From assembly GCF_006345805.1 (NCBI RefSeq), contig NC_043024.1, forward strand, positions 7,192,001 to 7,256,000: a stretch of DNA of 64,000 nt, read 5' to 3'. Shown here piece after piece: positions 59,871 to 64,000 of this stretch (position 1 is the stretch's first letter; each line of letters starts with the position of its first letter). Position numbers and translations under genes: made by a program. This DNA comes from Octopus sinensis. Taxonomy: Eukaryota. The notes under the pieces were generated by a model that searched no databases, had not been told where the DNA came from, and worked only from the letters and a program-made list of their open reading frames with translations.

Positions 59871-61913
59871 CTGTGTGACAGAAAAGGAAACAAAAACAAT
59901 TAGAACAGAGAAACAGCGCTAAAATCTTTGCCACCAGGGCAGGGCTGAATTAAGACATAGCAGCCCTAAGCACTTAAAAGATCTTGAGGCCCTCACATAT
60001 ATATAGAGTGTCCATAAAGTCTCTTTACAATTTAAGAAAATTATTACAAAGGCAGCTGATGAGATATTTTAACCAGGTTTGTTTTATTTTAATAATTCTC
60101 TTTCTCTCTCTTTTCTCTTTTACTTGTTTCAGTCATTTGACTGCGGCCATGCTGGAGCACCGCCTTCAGTCGAGCAAATCGACCCTGGGACTTATTCTTT
60201 GTAAGCCCAGTACTTATTCTATCGGTCTCTTTTGCCGAACCGCTTAGTGACGGGGACGTAAACACACCAGCATCGGTTGTCAAGCAATGCTAGGGGGGAC
60301 AAACACAGACACACAAACATATATACACACACACCCTCCTTCTTCCCTGAGCGTCCAATAATACTTTATTTGTTCCACGTCCTTGCGTTGTTGTTTTTTT
60401 GTTTTTATTTTCTTGTTTGGATTAACTTTATATATATATTTATATATATATATACATACATACATACATATATATACACACACATATATACACACACACC
60501 ACACATATATACACACACACATATATACACACACACACACATATATACACACACACACACACACACATATATATACGACAGGCTTCTCTCAGTTTCCGTC
60601 TACCAAATCCACTCACAAGGCTTTGGTTGGCCAGAGGCTATAGCAGAAGACACTTTTGCCCAAGATGAAATACTGCTATGCATCTTACCTGGCATGCTAA
60701 TGATTCTGCCAGCTTGTTGCCTTGATGATGATGATGATGATAATAATAATAATCATCATCGTTTAACGTCCGCTTTCCATGTTAGCATGGGTTGGACAAA
60801 AAAAATGTATGTACATATGCGCAGCGTTATGCGTGTGGCAAGCTTTCTACGGCCAGATGCCCTTCCTGACGCCAACCCCCACCTGTTGCCAAGCGAGGTA
60901 GTTTTTCCCTCTCTCTCTTTCGGAAAGGAACAAACACCTACCTACACACATATATACACACATGGCAGTAACTTCCGCCTACCGAATTCAATCACAAAGC
61001 TTTGGTCGGCCCGGGGCTATAGCAGAAGACACTTGCCCAAAGTTCCACGCGGTGGGACTGAACCTGAAACCATGTAGCTAGGAAGCAAACTCCCTAACCA
61101 CACAGCCATGCTCCTTTCTACTATAGGCACAAAGCCTGAAATATTTGGGGAAGGGTTAAGTCGATTACATCAACCCAGTGTTTCACTGGTACTTAATTTA
61201 TCAACCCTAAAAGGATGCAAGGCAAAGTCGACCTCAGTGGAATTTGAACTCAGAACATAAAGACAGATGACATGCCGCTAAGCAATTTGCCCATTGTGCT
61301 AATGATTCAGTCAGTAGCTTCAATAATAAGAACTAGTTTCTATTTGACAAAGCCTTAATATAAACTAATTTACAGAGAGGAGTTTTTTATTTTTAGTTTC
61401 AGCTCAGAGCTATGGCCATGCTGATGCACCGCTGTCAAATGCTAGTCAGGAAATTATTGCTTGTTCCATCTCAAGCCATGCCTGGCTCATAGGGCCGGTT
61501 TCCCAGTTTCCTTGGCGTATAGGTTCCCCACCTGGACGGGACGCTGGTCCGTCACAGGTGACCTGCAAGATGCAGGAGGAAAGAGTGAGAGAAAGAGTCA
61601 GCAGAAGTTCGCCATTACCTTCTGCCAGAACCGCGAGGGGTTTCGCTCATAAGCACAGACATCTCCTGGTCTGAGATTCAAACCCGCAATCCCTCGACAG
61701 CGAGTCCGCTGCTCTAACCACTATGCCATATGCCTCCACAAATTAGTGGACAATATAAAACTGATACATGCATATGAACACCATCAATTATAATGGAAGA
61801 AAAATACTCATGGTTATTTTAAAAATTTGCATGCAGATCATTTAATGTGTGCTTTCCATGCTTTCCAGCTTGCTTCAATAATAAGAACTAGTTTCTATTT
61901 GACAAAGCCTTAA

Positions 61914-62133
61914 CCCTTTCGTTACTGTATTTATTTTGAGATGCTCTGTGTTTCTTTCAATAACTTTAAATATAACAAAGAATTTAGTAAAATAACTTAG
62001 TTATCATTCAGCTAGTGTTAGGAACATAAATTGTGACTAAGGTTTGGTGGAAGATTTTAATTCAAAACTTATGAAAACAAGACATTTGTACTCAGAGCCA
62101 GAGCCGGTTTCAGCCGGGTTAGTAATGAAAGGG
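61914..62133 (+). mobile_element. piggyBac-like MITE (TTAA|CCCTTTCGTTAC...GTAATGAAAGGG|TTAA)
   Basis: TTAA duplicated on both sides; empty-site paralogue at 61321-61385. Other copies at 18660-18878(+) and about 37465-37683 and 37712-37938(-). Confidence 0.85.
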
Positions 62134-62174
62134 TTAATATAAACCAATTTACAGAGAGGAGTTAATTGTATCAC

Positions 62175-62310
62175 CTGTTGAAAAACATCCTTAAACTCTG
62201 AGTAGGCCGCTGCAGAGGAGAAGTCAAGCCGGAATGTACGCTGTCCACTTTCACCAGAAGCTTCATCCATACTTGCCCATGTACCAGAGTGTTTATGTTT
62301 TGAGGCACAC
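62175..62310 (-). CDS. Internal exon of a second gene: rCASKHKHSGTWASMDEASGESGQRTFRLDFSSAAAYSEFKDVFQQ (C-terminal part of a RanBD/PH-like fold)
   Basis: TTTCTTCAG acceptor and CAG|GTGATA donor. The W-x-x-x-D..G....F-x-L-x-F......F...F pattern resembles the last strands and helix of Ran-binding domains. Family identity not established. Confidence 0.7.
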
Positions 62311-62431
62311 CTGAAGAAATAATAATAATAATAATGGGTTTCAAATTCTGGCACAAGGCCAGCAACTTTTCTTTTTAGGGGAGGGAGTACATATATTACA
62401 CTTCAGGCACACCTGAAGAAACAACAACAAA

Positions 62432-62468
<37 letters not shown>

Positions 62469-62566
62469 GGTTTCAAATTCTGGCACAAGGCCAGCAACTT
62501 TTCTTTTTAGGGGAGGGAGTACATATATTACACTTCAGGCACACCTGAAGAAACAACAACAACAAC

Positions 62567-62600
<34 letters not shown>

Positions 62601-63130
62601 GGTTTCAAATTCTGGCACAAGGCCAGCAACTTTTCTTTTTAGGGGAGGAAGTAGATTTATTACACTTCTGGCACACCTGAAGAAACACAACAACAATAAT
62701 AATAATAATAATGGGTTTCAAATTCTGGCACAAGGCCAGCAACTTTTCTTTTTAGGGGAGGAAGTAGATTTATTACACTTCAGGCACACCTGAAGAAACA
62801 ACAACAACAATAATAATAATAATAATGGGTTTCAAATTCTGGCACAAGGCCAGCAACTTTTCTTTTTAGGGGAGGAAGTAGATTTATTACACTTCAGGCA
62901 CACCTGAAGAAACAACAACAATAATAATAATAATAATAATGGGTTTCAAATTCTGGCACAAGGCCAGCAACTTTTCTTTTTAGGGGAGGGAGTAAATATA
63001 TTACACTTCAGGCACACCTGAAGAAACAACAACAACAATAATAATAATAATAATAATACTGGGTTTCAAATTCTGGCACAAGGCCAGCAACTTTTCTTTT
63101 TAGGGGAGGGGAGTACATTTATTACACTGA
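62302..63130. repeat. Tandem array of seven 102-132-bp units, each containing the exon acceptor TTTCTTCAG|GTGTGCC plus a SINE-derived segment
   Basis: CT of the acceptor AG at 62311, 62413, 62545, 62677, 62790, 62904 and 63018. Unit length varies with the (AAC)/(AAT) tract. Confidence 0.92.
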
Positions 63131-64000
63131 CCTCGAAAGGATGAAAAGAAAAGTCAGCTTCAGCAGGGGTTCCTTTAGGTTCTTTGCATTATGAATGGAA
63201 ACCCTGCCAATTTTGGCCAACGTGCTTATGATTCTGCCAGTTTAGATGGATAGATACTTTCCAAATCATATAGACTCGTGGGGCCAATTTCCACGGCATA
63301 CATATTCCATACCTTGATGGGCAGCTGATCCATCGTAGGATCACCCATTTTCACCAGCTGAGTGGACTGGAGCAATGTGAAATGAAGTGCTTTGCTCAAG
63401 AACCCAATGCATCGCCCGGTCCAAGAATTGAAACCACAATCTTACAATCATAAGTACAACACCCTAACCACTGATCCATGTACTTCCACATTCTGCCAGT
63501 TTTCTAGCTTAATAATAATGATTTCAAATTTTGGCACAAAGCCAGCAATTTTGGGGTCAGGGGTAAAGCGATTACATTGACCTAAGTGTTTGACTAGAAT
63601 GTATTTCATCAACCCTGAAAGGATAAAAGGCAAAGTCGACCTCAGAGGGATTTGAACCCAGAACATAAGGACAGATGAAATGCCACTCAGCATTTTGCCT
63701 GGTGTGCTAACGATTCTGCCAGCTCCCTGCCTTCGCCAAAACAGGGATAATCAAAGTTCTAATTTTCACACAAGACCAGCAATTTTAAGGGAGAAAATAA
63801 GTCAATTATATTAACCCCAGTGCTCAACTTACTTTATCAACCACGAAAGGTTGAAAGGCGAAGTTGACCCCAGTGGTACCAAAATAATAATAATGATGAT
63901 GATGAGGATAATTCTTTCTATTTTAGGCACAGGGCCTGTAATTTTAAGGGAAGGCAGTCTTCTGGAGAAACAACAAGCAATTATCAGTGAGGTGGCATAT

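Noticed and set aside
62302-63130. CRISPR-like appearance of the regularly spaced repeat
   Set aside because: The inter-repeat sequences are themselves repeated (no unique spacers), there are no cas genes, and the context is eukaryotic.

Overview
AT-rich, microsatellite- and retroposon-dense eukaryotic DNA. The repeat inventory looks like an octopod cephalopod genome; this is an inference, not a database result. One complete gene can be rebuilt by hand on the minus strand: a 9-coding-exon FAM122/PABIR (PP2A-B55 inhibitor) orthologue, CDS 34390->18082, 328 aa. All its introns are GT-AG and phases are consistent. The last exons of a second minus-strand gene (62310-62175, 59870-59807, probably 55908-~55050) end in a RanBD/PH-like fold. 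The acceptor of the 62310 exon has been copied six more times by a tandem array, and most copies open onto an in-frame TGA. The rest is repeats. LINE fragments: RTE with a PHD finger inside the RT, two other RTEs, CR1/L2-type, R4/Dong-type and Penelope-like. There are four tRNA-derived SINE families, Merlin-like, piggyBac-like, hAT-like and mariner MITEs, several long foldbacks (one with hammerhead-like motifs), minisatellites and a 100-N gap. Most ORFs in the supplied track are microsatellite artefacts. No CRISPR, rRNA or true tRNA genes were found.
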